The notes beneath the pieces were generated by a model. It worked only from the letters and a program-made list of their open reading frames with translations. It had not been told where the DNA came from and made no database searches. The position numbers and the translations under genes were made by a program. From Tubulanus polymorphus (lineage: Eukaryota > Animalia > Nemertea), in assembly GCF_964204645.1 (NCBI RefSeq), contig NC_134032.1, positions 4,364,175-4,428,174 on the forward strand: a DNA stretch of 64,000 bases. The letters are read 5' to 3'. This document shows, one piece after another, positions 1-13,685 of this stretch (the first letter of the stretch is position 1; every line of letters begins with the position of its first letter).

Positions 1-2528
1 TCCGAAAGCGTTCGCCACACACACGCAGCAACAGTAAGTAGACCTATATACGTTACTACTGTTGCTGTGCGTGCGTGTCTGCAGCCGATCGATAAAATAC
101 ATACAAACTCATCGTAGTACAAATGTACATACAAAATCACTGTGTTGCAATGAATATGCATTGAAATGCGATACTTTTACGTGACGATAAGTAAAACAGG
201 CACTGAACGCTTTTACGGTTCACCTGATTACCGATCGCGCCGGACCAATTGAGTGAGATCATCACCCCCCCCCCATACTTTTACATCATTTTTGGACTAT
301 TTGGAAAATTGATATTTTTCAATACTGAAATCCGCGGGAAACCGCGGATCCGCGGGGAATTCTCATCTCTGTACTGTACTGTTGATAATATATACACGTA
401 TTTGTTGTTAAGAAAAAATTATTTAAATCATTGAAGTTATTTCTGTTATTGGCTACGATTATGTATTATCTCTCTATACTACAGTTGTAAGATGTTTTAT
501 AATATTTATTAGCCTACCGGCACCAGTAGGCCTATTTAGTTGTGCAATAAAAATGTGCTGTTGTTAGTGTTTTGCCTTTAATAGACCTACATACATTCTC
601 AATTTTCCATTTTATTACCTTCTTATCTAACGGTCCTCCTTTCAGGTGTGATGAATTTTAGGATCAATTTCCCAAGCCAAAAATTCTTCGTGTTTGCATG
701 ATTAAGCAGTCATCTCCCGTCACTTACAGTCTAGGCCACCGTTTGATTTCCAACGTGACAACCATGTAGTTTGTATGACAGTTAAGATACAGTTTTGGTA
801 TCTAAAGCTTAGGTGTGAAAGATAACGGTACATCATCTATCTAATCCATCAAAATCCACGTGGAAACACCGTAATCAGGCAATCTTCCAAATCATTTCCG
901 GGTTTGACTTCTGGGCACATCCATCGCATTGGGGACGGTGGGTAGCGTAAAGCCGAGGGAATATCGAAAATGAAAACCGGCTCGTGATTTTTCTGAAACG
1001 CGCATGGAAATTCGAATTTTTTATGTTAAAAGCCATCTAATAGGCAATATATATTAAATATTAAACAAAATGCGATCTAAGTTTTGTCTTAATTACCTAG
1101 ACGAAAAACTCCCTCCAACGGCCATTTGTGCAGTTTGTGATGCTACCATCCCTAACAAATTGGTATAACCCATATCCCCCATAAACAACATGGTATCGCC
1201 CGTTTTCAATAGCATACAAGCTGCGTGTAAATCGGCGTACAGTGCATTTCCGAACTTATGTGTTAGGTTTCCGAATTTACGTGACCGCAGCTTCCAAAAT
1301 TACGTTGGCATAAAAAACTTTAAAAATCAGTGCGTTTATCTATTCAAACCAACAAAAAAATGATTTTGACAATAATTTGGGCAAAAAACAAAAATGCATA
1401 TCGGAGCTTAATTGCCGATTACTGCTAATAATTGACGGAATCCACCGATCAAAATCGCATTTCTATAAATGTATTCCGAACTTACGTGGAGTTACCCTAA
1501 TAAGTTGTATAAGCCAAAAAATAGTTCTGTGGACCTTATAGTCACCCGCCGTTTTTGTCCGGACTGTGGTCCTGCCCGTGTCAGTTTCACTCCGATTTTT
1601 AGTGTTTCCCTCTCTTTTCCCTCCTTTTCTGTTGAACCGCGGCGTTGCTCGCCTTATATTTATGGTTTCTTATCGGTAGGCATCCTTTTTTTTCTGTGCA
1701 TTACGATATCTTGTTTTCTTTCATGTAGTTGCAGTGCGTTAGGGATGCTATTTAATATTAGCAATAGATTCTATATGGCATATTTGAGGATTGATTCAAC
1801 ATTGTGTAACGTTGTCGTTGACTCGTCTGATCACGCCATGTTTTCATGGATCAGTTGACGATGTTAAATTCCAGATCAAGATTAGAATTCATTTATGATC
1901 TTCATAGTCGACAATGCATTAAAATGTTATTAGTTGTAGAGAGTACCAGTGTATATTACCAAGTCCTGCAAACAGTAAGAAATGATCTAAAACCTGCATT
2001 ATGAAAATACCTGCTGTATGAGGTACTGTTATTACGTAAAAAGAGGAAATATTCTTAAGTGACGGGATTGATCGATGTGGAAAATTCAACACTTACAAAC
2101 TCAATGTCCAATCTTAGCATCTGATTGAACAAAATATAGTCAAAACTTGAAAAAAAATCCCATTGGAGGGGAGGTTGGAGGAAATGGGCTACTATATGAT
2201 TGGAAAATGACATTGAAAAGGATTATTACATGAACGATGTAGGACTGCCGTAAAAAAGCGCTGGAAATTGTAAACGCCGACATCAGTTTATACATTTTCA
2301 GGGATTTTTCACATGCATGTCTTCGTTCTCACGGAAAGGTCAGTCCAATAAAAAATTAGCAAGGACTTAAGGGGGAGAGTGCACTTTGTTTTGAGTGAAA
2401 GAACTCATCTACGGTAGGAGGCCACTCACGACTGAAGTGCCTTCTTTCTATGATTAGCTCCCAGAAAACTTCTGTCACAAACTGAACATTTGATTTCGGC
2501 ATTTGATTTAAATTCAAATAACATTCAG

Positions 2529-2851
2529 GGTCCAGTTCCACAGTCTAGGTTCTGGTTTGACTTTTGAGTTAACTCAATGAAAACGAACTAACTCTAACTC
2601 AAAAGTTAACTCTATAGCCGCGATCACACGGACACGATTTGGCCCGGGCCAAATTGGTACGGATCAGGCTCAGGCCAAATTTTGCCCGTGCCTAATTAGG
2701 TAGCGCGTTCACACGCTACCTATTTGGCCTGAGCTTGACAGGCTCAGGCCCATTTGGCACCCGTGTGAACAGTTGTTCTGGACCAAATTTGGCACATGCC
2801 AAAAATGCTCGTGTGATCGCGGCTTATAACTCACAACTGTGGAACTGGGTC
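2529..2851. mobile_element. MITE, PIF/Harbinger-like (outer element of a nested pair)
   Basis: Imperfect TIRs GGTCCAGTTCCACAGT / ACTGTGGAACTGGGTC flanked by the 3-bp direct repeat CAG; non-coding. Confidence 0.55.
2616..2824. mobile_element. MITE, PIF/Harbinger-like, nested in 2529-2851
   Basis: Perfect 15-bp TIR AGCCGCGATCACACG / CGTGTGATCGCGGCT; 3-bp TSD TAT on both sides. Confidence 0.75.
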
Positions 2852-3289
2852 CAGCTCAACTAGGAACCTCAAGTAAATGTTGCTAAACTCCTGGATAAAT
2901 ATGTCTAATTGATTCTTTGCAATCAAATAATTAAGCCCTCCAAAATGATTGAGAAAGTTATTCTGGACACTAGGGGATGATAACAAGGCCTATAGCCCAC
3001 TTATGACCATTGTTTAAACTAATCTGGCCAAAAAGACAATTGCAGTATAAAATGCCAATCCAACATTGTGTACACAGTAATTTTATCATATTTTACAAAA
3101 AAAAGACCCGGCCGCTGCGGAGAAACAAGGTATCATTTTCGTTTAGCCTTAACTGAAGGACATATACAATTGTAATACATGTAGGCCTAATGTAATTTCA
3201 ATTGTCTTTGACATTTTATCCACCAGCAAACGTTGATGACTTTTAGCCAGACTGCCTGCACATCTTTTCATAAATGCTGTTCAACTCAC

Positions 3290-4700
3290 CGTCTGCCATT
3301 TTTTTTCATGTACCTATTTAAACCAATTTTCCTGATCCATTTCCAAACGCCTGTTCTACTTATCTTCGATGACAGTTGTTCATGTACTTTTTCGTAGATC
3401 CTAAGAAATACCGGTAGTTAATACATGTGCAGGGTGACTCAAAAGATGTGTGGCTTTATGATTGATTTTAACCAACTAGGATAGAATAACAATAAATGTA
3501 CACAATGGAACAATCAGTAATTTTGGTTCGACGCCAACGCCATTTTGCATGGGGATCATTCATTCATTGCTTTCAGCATTGTGTAGTTTGGTTACATAGT
3601 TAAACCCCTAATCTGATTAAACAGGTTTAACAAATTTGATTGTAATGTTTTATATAGCCTATATTCATATTTATATATAATGGGATCATTCATTTATTAC
3701 GTACGCATGAAATTTGACTTTTTAATACCCAAGAAAAATTTGAAAAGTTTGGACATTTAAAAAAAATCTTACTTGTCCATGGTGATGTTTTCTTCGTTCC
3801 TCGTCATTTCATGGATTGATCGACGAATTATACTTTGATCGAAGTCATCGAGAATTTTGTCTTTTCAACCTCTTTTCATAGGTTTCTTTCCTAAAAAAAA
3901 TATTTCATATGTCAAATTTTTTAGCATCTGTAAATAAATGTGAGAGTGGAGACGTTGCGTGGGTTGCCTGTGAAATGTGTGATTTATGGTTCCATGTCTC
4001 ATGTTTGAATGATCAGGTCATAAATAATTTCAAATGTAAAAAATGTGAAAATATTCTTACACAATCAATGTACTTTTTAGAACAGTAAATTAGATAACTT
4101 TCAATATTATAATCATGAAATCTATTTTCTGAGATGAAGATCAGTTTATACTTATTGTCAACTGTAAATAAATGTATAGTTGTCTAAATGAAGGATCTAA
4201 CTAATTGTAGATAAATCTATAGATTATAAACTGAAAAATCGGTTTATACTTATTGTCAACTTTAGATAGGCCTAAATGAATAGTTGTTTAAATGAAGGAA
4301 AAGGGACTAAGGGATCATCCATTTATTTCGTACGCATAAAATTTGAATTTTTCAATTTACGTAGGCCTGTATATTTTAGATCCTCTGTCACGATTTATTT
4401 TAGGCTCAATATCGCATATGTACATGTAGGCCTAGGCCTATATTGAATTCAATTTCAATGTTTACACAGCCCACATGGCTAATTTAGTGGAATAAAAAGC
4501 ACAATAAACATACCGAGCGAATCAATATGTCTCTGAATTGATTTTGATGATGTTGCTGTTCGTTCTTTTAACGCATATCGTATTCTTTCGATCACATTGT
4601 TTTGGGGGATAGTTCTCCCTCGAGCTTCTTCGCAACGTAAATGTTTCGCAAAGAGACGGAGTATCTCCCATTCCTGTTTTGATAGCTTCTTCGAAGGCAT
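3290..4700 (-). pseudogene. Intron-containing Tc1/IS630-like transposase N-terminal remnant (exons ~4700-4514, 3890-3773, 3400-3290)
   Basis: Canonical GT/AG boundaries (GTATGT, TTTTTAG, GTAAG, TTCTTAG, GTGAGT). Exon 2 reads KRG*KDKILDDFDQSIIRRSIHEM and exon 3 reads ISRTGVWKWIRKIG, resembling the HTH region of invertebrate Tc1-like transposases. One in-frame stop and one frameshift. Confidence 0.5.
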
Positions 4701-4967
4701 GCCGCATGTTTATTTATCAAAACAGCTGTCTATGCTAATACTGTGATTCGTTGATTGGTCTTTTGGCAACAAGAAGCTGCTCCCTCCCCCATGATATAAT
4801 TGACGCGTCCCCGCCTCATTGCGCATGCGTTCAACCGCATCATAAATGTCGTGATGGCGGTCGTTCTCGCCCATTTAAAGCTCAATTTTTCGAGAATATT
4901 CACCAATCCTTCAACTCGGTAAAAAAACAATGATTTATCTGGACTGCACAACTCTACTGATTCGATT

Positions 4968-6842
4968 CACAGGGACTTGTCACGATTGATAATGGATGAG
5001 ACCAATGATGGGGGTACCAGTATCCCTGCTACTGTATAATAAAATAACAAGGGTGGCAACAAATTTTCAATCTGACAGTGACTTCTCCACTTCAATCGAC
5101 TCTAATTCCAAAAATTCTCAACCGATTCACATGAAATAAGCTTTAACCCTTTCGCTACGTGTGACGTTTTGGAAACGTCATATGAGTGACACGTGCTGTG
5201 CGTATGACGTTGTAGAAACGTCATGCACCTATTGATTTATAACTCGAACGCGTACACAGCAAACAGTATGGAAACGCATGTAAGACAAGATAGTTAGCTT
5301 TCTAAACAACAGATGGCGAAAATGCGTCAGTAGTTGGTGCTGTCAGCCTGTTGAGCACATGGTAATTTGCGCAGGATTGAGATGGCTCCCCACTTACGTA
5401 CCTCTACCAGCGGAAAAGGATATCCCATATCAATTGAATTTCTTTCATCCACACCGTAGCATCAATCACCAAAGACTGAGATAGGCACTTGGGTGAAAAA
5501 CTGAAAAAAAAAAATTTCTAACCCATCCTGACCCCCCCCAACACGCCCCCCCTACAGAAAAGGCTGTTGGTATGATTTTTTACTGATTTTCACTAAATAA
5601 CATCATAATCTTCGATAAAAACACGAAAAATCGGGGTTAAAAACAATTTGAAAAAAATCGAATTTTTCGGAAAATACCTTACGTACGGGGCGGTGCAAGC
5701 GTGTACGCAGCGAAAGGGTTAATACAACCTAGAAGACTTTCTGCTTCGAACGAGCCTTCAACCACCACTCTAGGACAATTATCTCACAATGAAATCACCT
5801 TTTTTTGACGAGAGATAGCTCAAAATGGAGGTCTACCGATTCTATGGTGGACAGCAAAATGGTCGTTTTTTTCACTTCAAACGATGATTTCTATGTGAGA
5901 TCTTAGAGAAAACCCCAACAAACCATACATTTTTTAAAACTACGCGGTCATACCTGTACGCTTATCTCATTTATTTGTATAATCCACGCGATGGGTGAGC
6001 TCACAAGCTCAAAATCGAAAATGAGGACGAACACGGCGTTCAACTTGTCATCAACTGGGCGGCCATTAATCACGTGATATCGTAGTAACGGGCTAAATAT
6101 TTCACGCGCACTGATTGGCTTAGAGATTTCGAAAAACATTACAAAATTTATTAAAAGTTCTGTTAATTAATAAAATATCCGTATTATGAAAATATAGTGC
6201 AACATTCGTCTGAGGGGTGGTATTATTAGTAAATATTTCCTTTTTTCAAGTCTACAGACGTAGACTTGTCGCGGTTCTATTAACATAGCCCGAACCTATG
6301 CACGTCACGTGATTAATGGCCGTCAGCGCGATAGTGCGAGGTGACTTTTTCGTATATTTGTTCGATTTTGAGCTTGTGAGCTCACCCATCGCGTGGATTA
6401 TACAAATAAATGAGATAAGCGTACAGGTATGACCGCGTAGTTTTAAAAAATGTATGGTTTGTTGGGGTTATCTCTAAGATTTCACATAGAAATCATCGTT
6501 TGAAGTGAAAAATACGACCATTTTGCTGTCCACCATAGAATCGGTACACCTCCAATTTGAGCTATCTCTCGTCCAAAAACGGTGATTTCGTTGTGAGATA
6601 ATTGTCCTAGAGTGGTGGTTAAAGGCTCGTTGGAAGCAGAAAGTCTTCTAGGTTGTATTAAAGCTTATTTCATGTGAATCGGTTGAGAATTTTTGGAATT
6701 ACAGTCGATTGAAGTGGAGAAGTCATTGTCAGATTGACAATTTGTTGCCACCCTTGTTTTTTATATTATACAGGGATAGTGGACCTGGTCATTGATATTG
6801 GTTTTATTCATTCACTATCATCAATTGTGACAAGTCCCTGTG
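4968..6842. mobile_element. Non-autonomous fold-back DNA transposon (CA...TG ends, 8-bp TSD; P/hAT-like)
   Basis: Termini CACAGGGACTTGTCAC / GTGACAAGTCCCTGTG; TSD ATTCGATT at 4960-4967 and 6843-6850; long internal inverted arms (~5030-6080 vs ~6300-6780). Confidence 0.75.
5147..5718. mobile_element. piggyBac-type MITE inserted in the left arm of 4968-6842
   Basis: TTAA-CCCTTTCGCT...AGCGAAAGGG-TTAA; the sister arm shows the empty site with a single TTAA (~6658-6661). Confidence 0.9.
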
Positions 6843-7719
6843 ATTCGATTAAGACCTATTTGAGGTATGTACGTCGAAAATTAAGCGAAATAGCCCCAAA
6901 AAGATCGTGGACAAAAAATAAATAGACTTTAGTACATTCGGTGTGGCGAGCTACAGTTGCATACATGTAAAGTGTGTATGCTGTTGGGGCCTATGATGAC
7001 TATTGTTAACGTTGTCGTTGAATAGGTTTCATCCACATCCCATTCAACCAGGAATTCGTGCATAAATACGACATTACACCACAAAAAGCACATCTTCCCA
7101 AATGAGAAACTTATATCTTAATCTGTTCAGATTACAGCTGGTCTCATCCGCTTTCTTCTTACCTTATTAGAGCCAGAGTTATTAGGAAATGTTTCTCAGT
7201 TTTCTAGCATGATTCATTTCAGCCGCCATGACGAAATAAGGTTTGCTCCGGCATTTGAAAATGACCGAATCCGCTCCGCGGCATCCTCACGTGCCAGGGT
7301 CTGAATGCCGCCTGCCAGAGCTTCGGCGTTTGGTGTGAAACTAAAAAAGATACGCCATTGAAAATTCATAAATTGACTATTGCTTTAATGGGCGACTTCA
7401 ATATGTCAAAAACAATTGCTGGTGTGCAATTTACCATACCTAACAGGGTTGCCTAGTGACCATGGGGCTGGAAGGAAGAATGAACATCTAAGCTCCATGT
7501 AACTTCTACATATTTAACAGAAACAACATCTTCCTGCTATCTAACTTAGCAGGACAATGTTAAATAATACACAGGGATTCTTCTGAATATTGCTTCAACA
7601 ACTACGATCTTCCCTAAGAAAATCTGTGAGTGTTTAAAAAGTGAAATCTTTCATCTGTGGGAAATCAACCAAGCAACTTAGCAACCACCAGTCAGCAACC
7701 ATTTCAGACAAGGGAAACC

Positions 7720-8768
7720 ATGGCAACTAAGGTTAAGGGCTGTGACAAAAAGGGCAAATACATGAAGAAGCTCTGAAGTTTGCTGAGAGTCTAGCAGAAC
7801 TGGACAGTGATTGTGATTCAACACTAGAAGAAGATGATGAATGGGGAAACTATGTACCGTGCTCTAAATGTAACCGTCTGTTTAATTTTGAAAACGAGAT
7901 CGTCCAGTGTTCCAAGTGCGGTCAGTCAATTTGTAATAACTGCTCCAATGCAGCTGAAAATGCAGAGAATCTGCCGGTTAAATATCTGTGTAGTCGATGT
8001 TTGACTGATTTTCAAACTGAGCAGAAATTTCAAGAGATGGAGACCATCAAATTGGAGATAAAGAACATGAGAGAAATATTCTTTAACGCTATAGAAATTT
8101 TAGAATCCCGGATTACCAAAATACATCAAGAAGTTTCTGCAAAAGAAAGCTATAAAACAAGTAAATACATAGCTGACATCAGAGAAAAAATCGAGACTCA
8201 TAGCAGACTATTGGATACGACGAACTCAAAAAATCTCGATATTCTTTCAAATCAAATTAAGCAGATTGAGAGTGAAAATATGGTCTTCAAGAAATCTACC
8301 CATAAAATGGAAGCTGGATTTAACACTTCAACAAAAACATCGACTGAGGAAATCAGTGTTTCAAATAGCTCTTCCAATGATGAGAGACGGTCACACATTA
8401 TCGTATATAACATACCTGAATCAGATAAGATTATTTGTGACGACACTTCTCGGGTTGAAAGATTTCTAAATGGTATCATTAAACTTGGTGCAGCCAACTT
8501 AAGAGACATCAGAAGAATTGGCAATAAAAATCAAACGAGACCACGTCCCATAAGAGTGATATTTACCAATGTAAATGATCGGGTTCAATGCGTAGAGAAT
8601 TACATAAAATTGAAAAGGACCGAACGTGCAACACTCAATGGGATCCAGTTAGCTAAGAACAGAACAAAAAAGGAGCAACAACAGCATGTCAAGAAGAAGA
8701 GTGGAACCCAACTACAGCATGGATGTGTACCAGAACAGAACAATATAAATATCAAAAACGACACTTAA
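7720..8768 (+). pseudogene. LINE (CR1/L2-type) ORF1-like protein: PHD-like Zn finger, coiled coil, RRM-like domain; probable frameshift near 7745-7755
   Basis: The frame of ORF 8001-8768 is open from 7746 and encodes CSKC-x13-CSKC-x4-CNNC-x15-CSRC. Downstream motifs RSHIIVYNIPES and RIG...RPRPIRVIF are typical of ORF1. The ATG at 7720 is in another frame. Confidence 0.7.
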
Positions 8769-8779
8769 TTTATAATATT

Positions 8780-9382
8780 AGTAATAGGGGTAATAGGCTT
8801 TCATACCAAAGGTCGAACGGTCGAGCCCATTAAAAAACAAAATATTAAAAGTAATTAAAAAACTATAATATATTTTCATAACCGCGTGCATTTTATATCA
8901 AAACTAAATATTTATTCTAAGATATCAATAATATAAAAAGCATATTGTATTAAATCAATTGGTCGCTCCACTTCGCTACCGCTCCGCTCCGCGACCAATT
9001 GATTTAATTACAATACACAAATTCAAATAATCAAATATATTCAAATGATAATAATTATTCTATTATTCAACTGAAATGCACGCGGTTATGAAAATATATT
9101 ATAGTTTTTAATTACTTTTAATATATGTTATTAATGAACTCGATCATTAAACCTTTGATATGAAAGCCTATTACCCCTATTACTCTTAAAATATTCATAT
9201 GTATATATGAATAACATTTAAATCATTGAACTTCTAAAATCAATTTTAATAAAAAATATAGTATTAAAATGGAAGCAAATAAGTACTACTACCCAACATG
9301 TAATATCGATATAGATAAATCCCAAAAAGCAAGACACAATAAAACTAGAACACATTTAGAAAATAAATTGAAACTAGAATAT
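8780..9382. repeat. E1 left TIR; 8780-9184 is a fold-back hairpin; includes the pPolB upstream region and first 38 codons
   Basis: Reverse complement of 26544-27143 with a few differences. Confidence 0.95.
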
Positions 9383-12300
9383 AAAGATGATATATTAGAA
9401 ACTAAATTAGAAGAATTAAAGAATGAAAAAGAAACATATAAATGTGATACATGTAATCAATCATTCAGTGATAAAAGATATCATAAAGAACATTTAAAAT
9501 CTATAAGTCATATTAGAAATAAGAATAATGATATTTTAGGTGAAGATTATTTTGATAATGATAACGATAAGAAACAGAAGACAATTAAAAGAATAAAAAA
9601 TAAATTAAACAATAAAAGACCATATATGGAAGATGTAAGAAATTATATTAATTCATTAGATAATAAAAAAGATATAGAGATAACCGAAGCATTTAAAAGT
9701 GATATTGGTCCAGCAGCTATTGAGTTTAAATTTCATAAAGGAAAAACAATAGAAGAAAATAAAAAACATTTAGAAAATATGAAAGAAATAATAAAAATAA
9801 TTACAGATGTTGAATATCCTAAAATAAGTATATCAGTTAAAGTAAAGTTTATAAAATCTGAAGATAAACCAATATATAATATAAATTCTCATTCACAACA
9901 TATTATATCTAAACAACATATAGATGATAAATTAAATAAATGTTATAATGAAATAAAAACTAAAATAGAAGAGAAATATTTTGAAGGATCTGGTTTAATA
10001 TTTGATGAGATAATATTTATAACTTTACATGTTTATAACACAAAATATAATAAGTTAACTAAATCAAAACCAATTGATGAAAATAATTTATCATATTATA
10101 AAGAACCAGATATTGAAGCATCGAGTTATATTAAACTACCATTTAAAACTAATGCTGTTATAAACATACAAAATGAAGATGATAAATGTTTTCTATGGTC
10201 TATAATAAGTTGTTTACATCCAACAGAAGATATTACACATAGTTTTAGATTAACTCATTATAAACCATTTGAAAGTAATTATAAGATAGATAAGTATCCT
10301 GTTAGAATTAAAAACATCCCAAAAATAGAAAGAGATAATAATATAAAGATAAATGTATTTGATTTAATCAAATTACCAAATACAAAAGGTAACAACATAA
10401 AACATTATACATTAGAACCTTTATACCTATCAAAAGATTATGATTCAAATGATGTTATAGATATACTATATTATGAGAATCATTATATGTGGATTAAACA
10501 AATAGATTTATTTTTTAGAACAGAAAGTGATCACCATAATAAAATATATCTATGTAGAAAATGTTTACATAAATTTAGTAATGAAAGTACATTATTAAAT
10601 CATAAACAACTATGTGATAATCATGATTATTGTAAAATTAGTTTTACCAAATGAAAAAGATAAAATATTAGAATTCAAAAAATATGATTACAAAAATAAA
10701 GTACCATTTGTAATATATGGAGATTTTGAATCATTAAATAAAGAATTAACAGATAAAGATAGAAAAGATATATATTATAAAAGAAAGAAATTAAATTCTA
10801 ATGAAAGTGATTATTCAGAAGAACCACCAAAAACAAATACTATTAAAAAGATTCATCAATCAGCTGCTGCTTTCGGGTTATATATTAAATCTGATTATCC
10901 AGAACTAATTGAAAGTGAATATTATGATTATAGAAATGAAAATGTTATTAATCATTTTTGTGACTTATTAATTGAATATGAAATAAGATTTAGTAAATTA
11001 TTGAATACAAATAAAGAAATAATTATGACAGAAGAAGATAAAGAAGAATTTGAGTTTGCAGATAAATGTTATTATTGTGAAAAGATATTTAATTATAAAG
11101 ATAAAAAAGTAAGAGACCATGATCATTTGAATGGAAAGTTTAGAGGCGCTGCACATGAGAATTGTAACTTACAAGCTAAGAAAATTAATTTTGTACCAGT
11201 TATATTTCACAATTTATCGGGGTATGACGCGCATTTATTTATCAAACAGTTATGTCATAAAATAGAAGAAATCAATAATGAAATAGAAATATTAAATTCA
11301 AATAGATCAAAAGATAAAATACCAACTTATAAATTTAGAATGTTAGCTAAAACATCTGAGAATTATATATCATTCCAATTTGGTTGTCTAAGATTTATAG
11401 ATTCATATAGATTTTTAAGTAGTTCATTAGATAACTTATCAAAATCATTAGTTGATGATGAATTAAAGATATTAAAAGAATATTACCCAAATAATGATGA
11501 TTTTCAATTAATGAGATATAAAGGAGCAATTCCATATTCATTTTATAAATCACATAATGATTTTAAAATAACTGAATTATTAAAAGAACAATTCTATGAT
11601 GAATTAAAAAATGAATATGTTAAAGATGAAGTCTATAATAGAACATTGAATATTTGGAATCATTTCAAAATAGAAAATCATGGGCAATTAGTAGATTTAT
11701 ATTTAAAATCAGATGTATTATTATTAACCGATATATTCGAAAGGTTTAGAGATGTAAACCTAAAATATTTCAATATTGATCCTTGTCATTGTTATTCATC
11801 ACCAGGATTAACATGGGATTGTGGTTTAAAATTTACAGATATAAAAATGGATTTGTTAACAAATATAGATCAATTACTATTATTTGAAAAATCTATAAGA
11901 GGAGGTGTTTCAGGTGTATTGGGTGATAGATATTTCAATGTAAATGATAATCCTGGATATAAATTATTATACATAGATGCAAATAATCTTTATGGTTGGG
12001 CAATGATGGAACCACAACCTTATGGGATGTTTGAAATAACTGAAGTTTTACAAATTGATAAATTTGATTGGAAGAAAAGAATCCTAGATATTGCAGATGA
12101 TTCAGATATTGGTTACTTCTTCGTTGTAGATTTAGAATACCCTGAAAATATTAAATTCAAATCTAGAAATCTAGCATATTGTCCCGAACATAAAACTGTT
12201 AAACATGAAGAATTATCAAATTATCAAAAAAGAATTAAACCCGATAATCATATTCATACTGAAAAGTTAATGGTAACTCAAGAAGATAAATATAATTATG

Positions 12301-13300
12301 TAGTACATTATAGAATGTTGAAGTTTTATTTGAGACAAGGAATGATATTAAAAAAAGTACATAGATATATTTAATTAGTCAATCTAAATGGTTAGAAAAA
12401 TATATAGATTTTAATACTACACAGAGAACTAAATCTAAAACTGATTTTGAGAAGGATTTCTTCAAACTAATGAACAATGCGTTCTATGGTAAGATTTGTG
12501 AAAATATTAGAAATAGAAATGATATTGAGTTAGTTAGTAATGGTAAAAGGATAAGGCATTTACAATCATATCCTAAGTTTATAGGTAACAGAATATTTGA
12601 TGAAAATTTAGCAGCAGTTAATATGAGAAGAACATCAATGAAATTTAATAAACCAATTTATGTTGGAGCTGCAGTTTTAGAATTATCAAAGTTATTAATG
12701 TATAAATTTTACTATAACGTATTACAACCTCATTTTGGAGAAAAACATATAGAAATCTTATATTTTGATACAGATTCTTACATATTAAAGATAAAAACTG
12801 ATAACATAACTGATGATTTAAAAACATTAAAACATCATTTTGATTTCAGTAACTATCCAAAAAATCATGAATTGTTTACCAATGATAATAAAAAAGTTCC
12901 TGGGAAGTTTAAGGATGAATTAGGTGGTGAAGAAATGATAGAGTTCATTGGTATTAGATCTAAAATGTATTCATATAAAACCAAAACTCATGAAGCTAAA
13001 AAGTTAAAAGGAATTACCAAAAGCGTTGTTGAAAAGAATATTCATTTCAAAGATTATATCAATTGTATATTTAATGAAGAAGTTAGAAAACATAAGATGA
13101 AATGTTTAAGATCTGAAGATCATGAAATGTATATTGAAGAGATAGAGAAGATAAGTCTAAACCCATTTGATGATAAAAGATATATTTTAGATGATGGAAT
13201 CCACACAGTCGCCTATGGTTGCAATTTAGATGAATATATAAAATTCAAAAGAGAAGAAACAAAAGAAAATGAGATTATGAAAAGGATTCTAGCGTGTTAA
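9269..13300 (+). pseudogene. polB: Protein-primed family B DNA polymerase (Zn fingers, vOTU-like protease, endonuclease VII insert, exonuclease and polymerase domains); two frameshifts
   Basis: Motifs INIQNEDDKCF, YENHY, VIYGDFES, CYYC..RDHDHLNGKFRGAAHENCN, FHNLSGYD, YIDANNLYGWAM, MNNAFYGK, YFDTDS. Relative to E2 there is an extra A at 10634-10637 and a 1-nt loss near 12373-12377. Confidence 0.95.
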
Positions 13301-13328
13301 TCAATTTCAATAAAAATTTGTATAATAA

Positions 13329-13670
13329 ATGGAGAGTAAACAAGTACACAGTGAATTCTTAGATAGAATTAAAGATACTTCAAGCGTCAAATCTGTAGAT
13401 TATAAATTTAAAAAAATAACTGAGTTAACAATTCACAAGAAATATTTAATTACTAACATTGAAACAATTACTAATAAATATGGAGATAAATTAGTAATTC
13501 ATTTAGAATATGAAGGATTAAAAGGAAATAAATATAAATTCAGAACTTATTTACCAGATAGATTTCATAGATTATCAAGTGAAGATCTAGAAGAATTATG
13601 TTCTGGAGATTTCTATTTCATATATAAAGGTAAGAATGAAAAAGGGCACCACGATATTGATTTTGAATGA
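13329..13670 (+). CDS. 113-aa protein, possibly OB-fold/ssDNA-binding
   Basis: Nearly identical in E2; TAAATG start; beta-rich pattern (YLITNIETITNKYGDKLVIHL, TYLPDRF); function is a guess. Confidence 0.7.
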   Translation: MESKQVHSEFLDRIKDTSSVKSVDYKFKKITELTIHKKYLITNIETITNKYGDKLVIHLEYEGLKGNKYKFRTYLPDRFHRLSSEDLEELCSGDFYFIYKGKNEKGHHDIDFE

Positions 13671-13685
13671 AAATATGTAAAATAA

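Noticed and set aside
1469-1858. 129-aa ORF
   Set aside because: No recognisable motifs; lies in repeat-like sequence.
1860-2330. Possible plus-strand Tc1 DDE remnant (FIVDNA-like)
   Set aside because: Too fragmentary to support.
8967-8990. Loop iterons resembling the AAV Rep-binding (GAGC)n element
   Set aside because: Spacing differs and no HUH/Rep protein is encoded; the resemblance is superficial.
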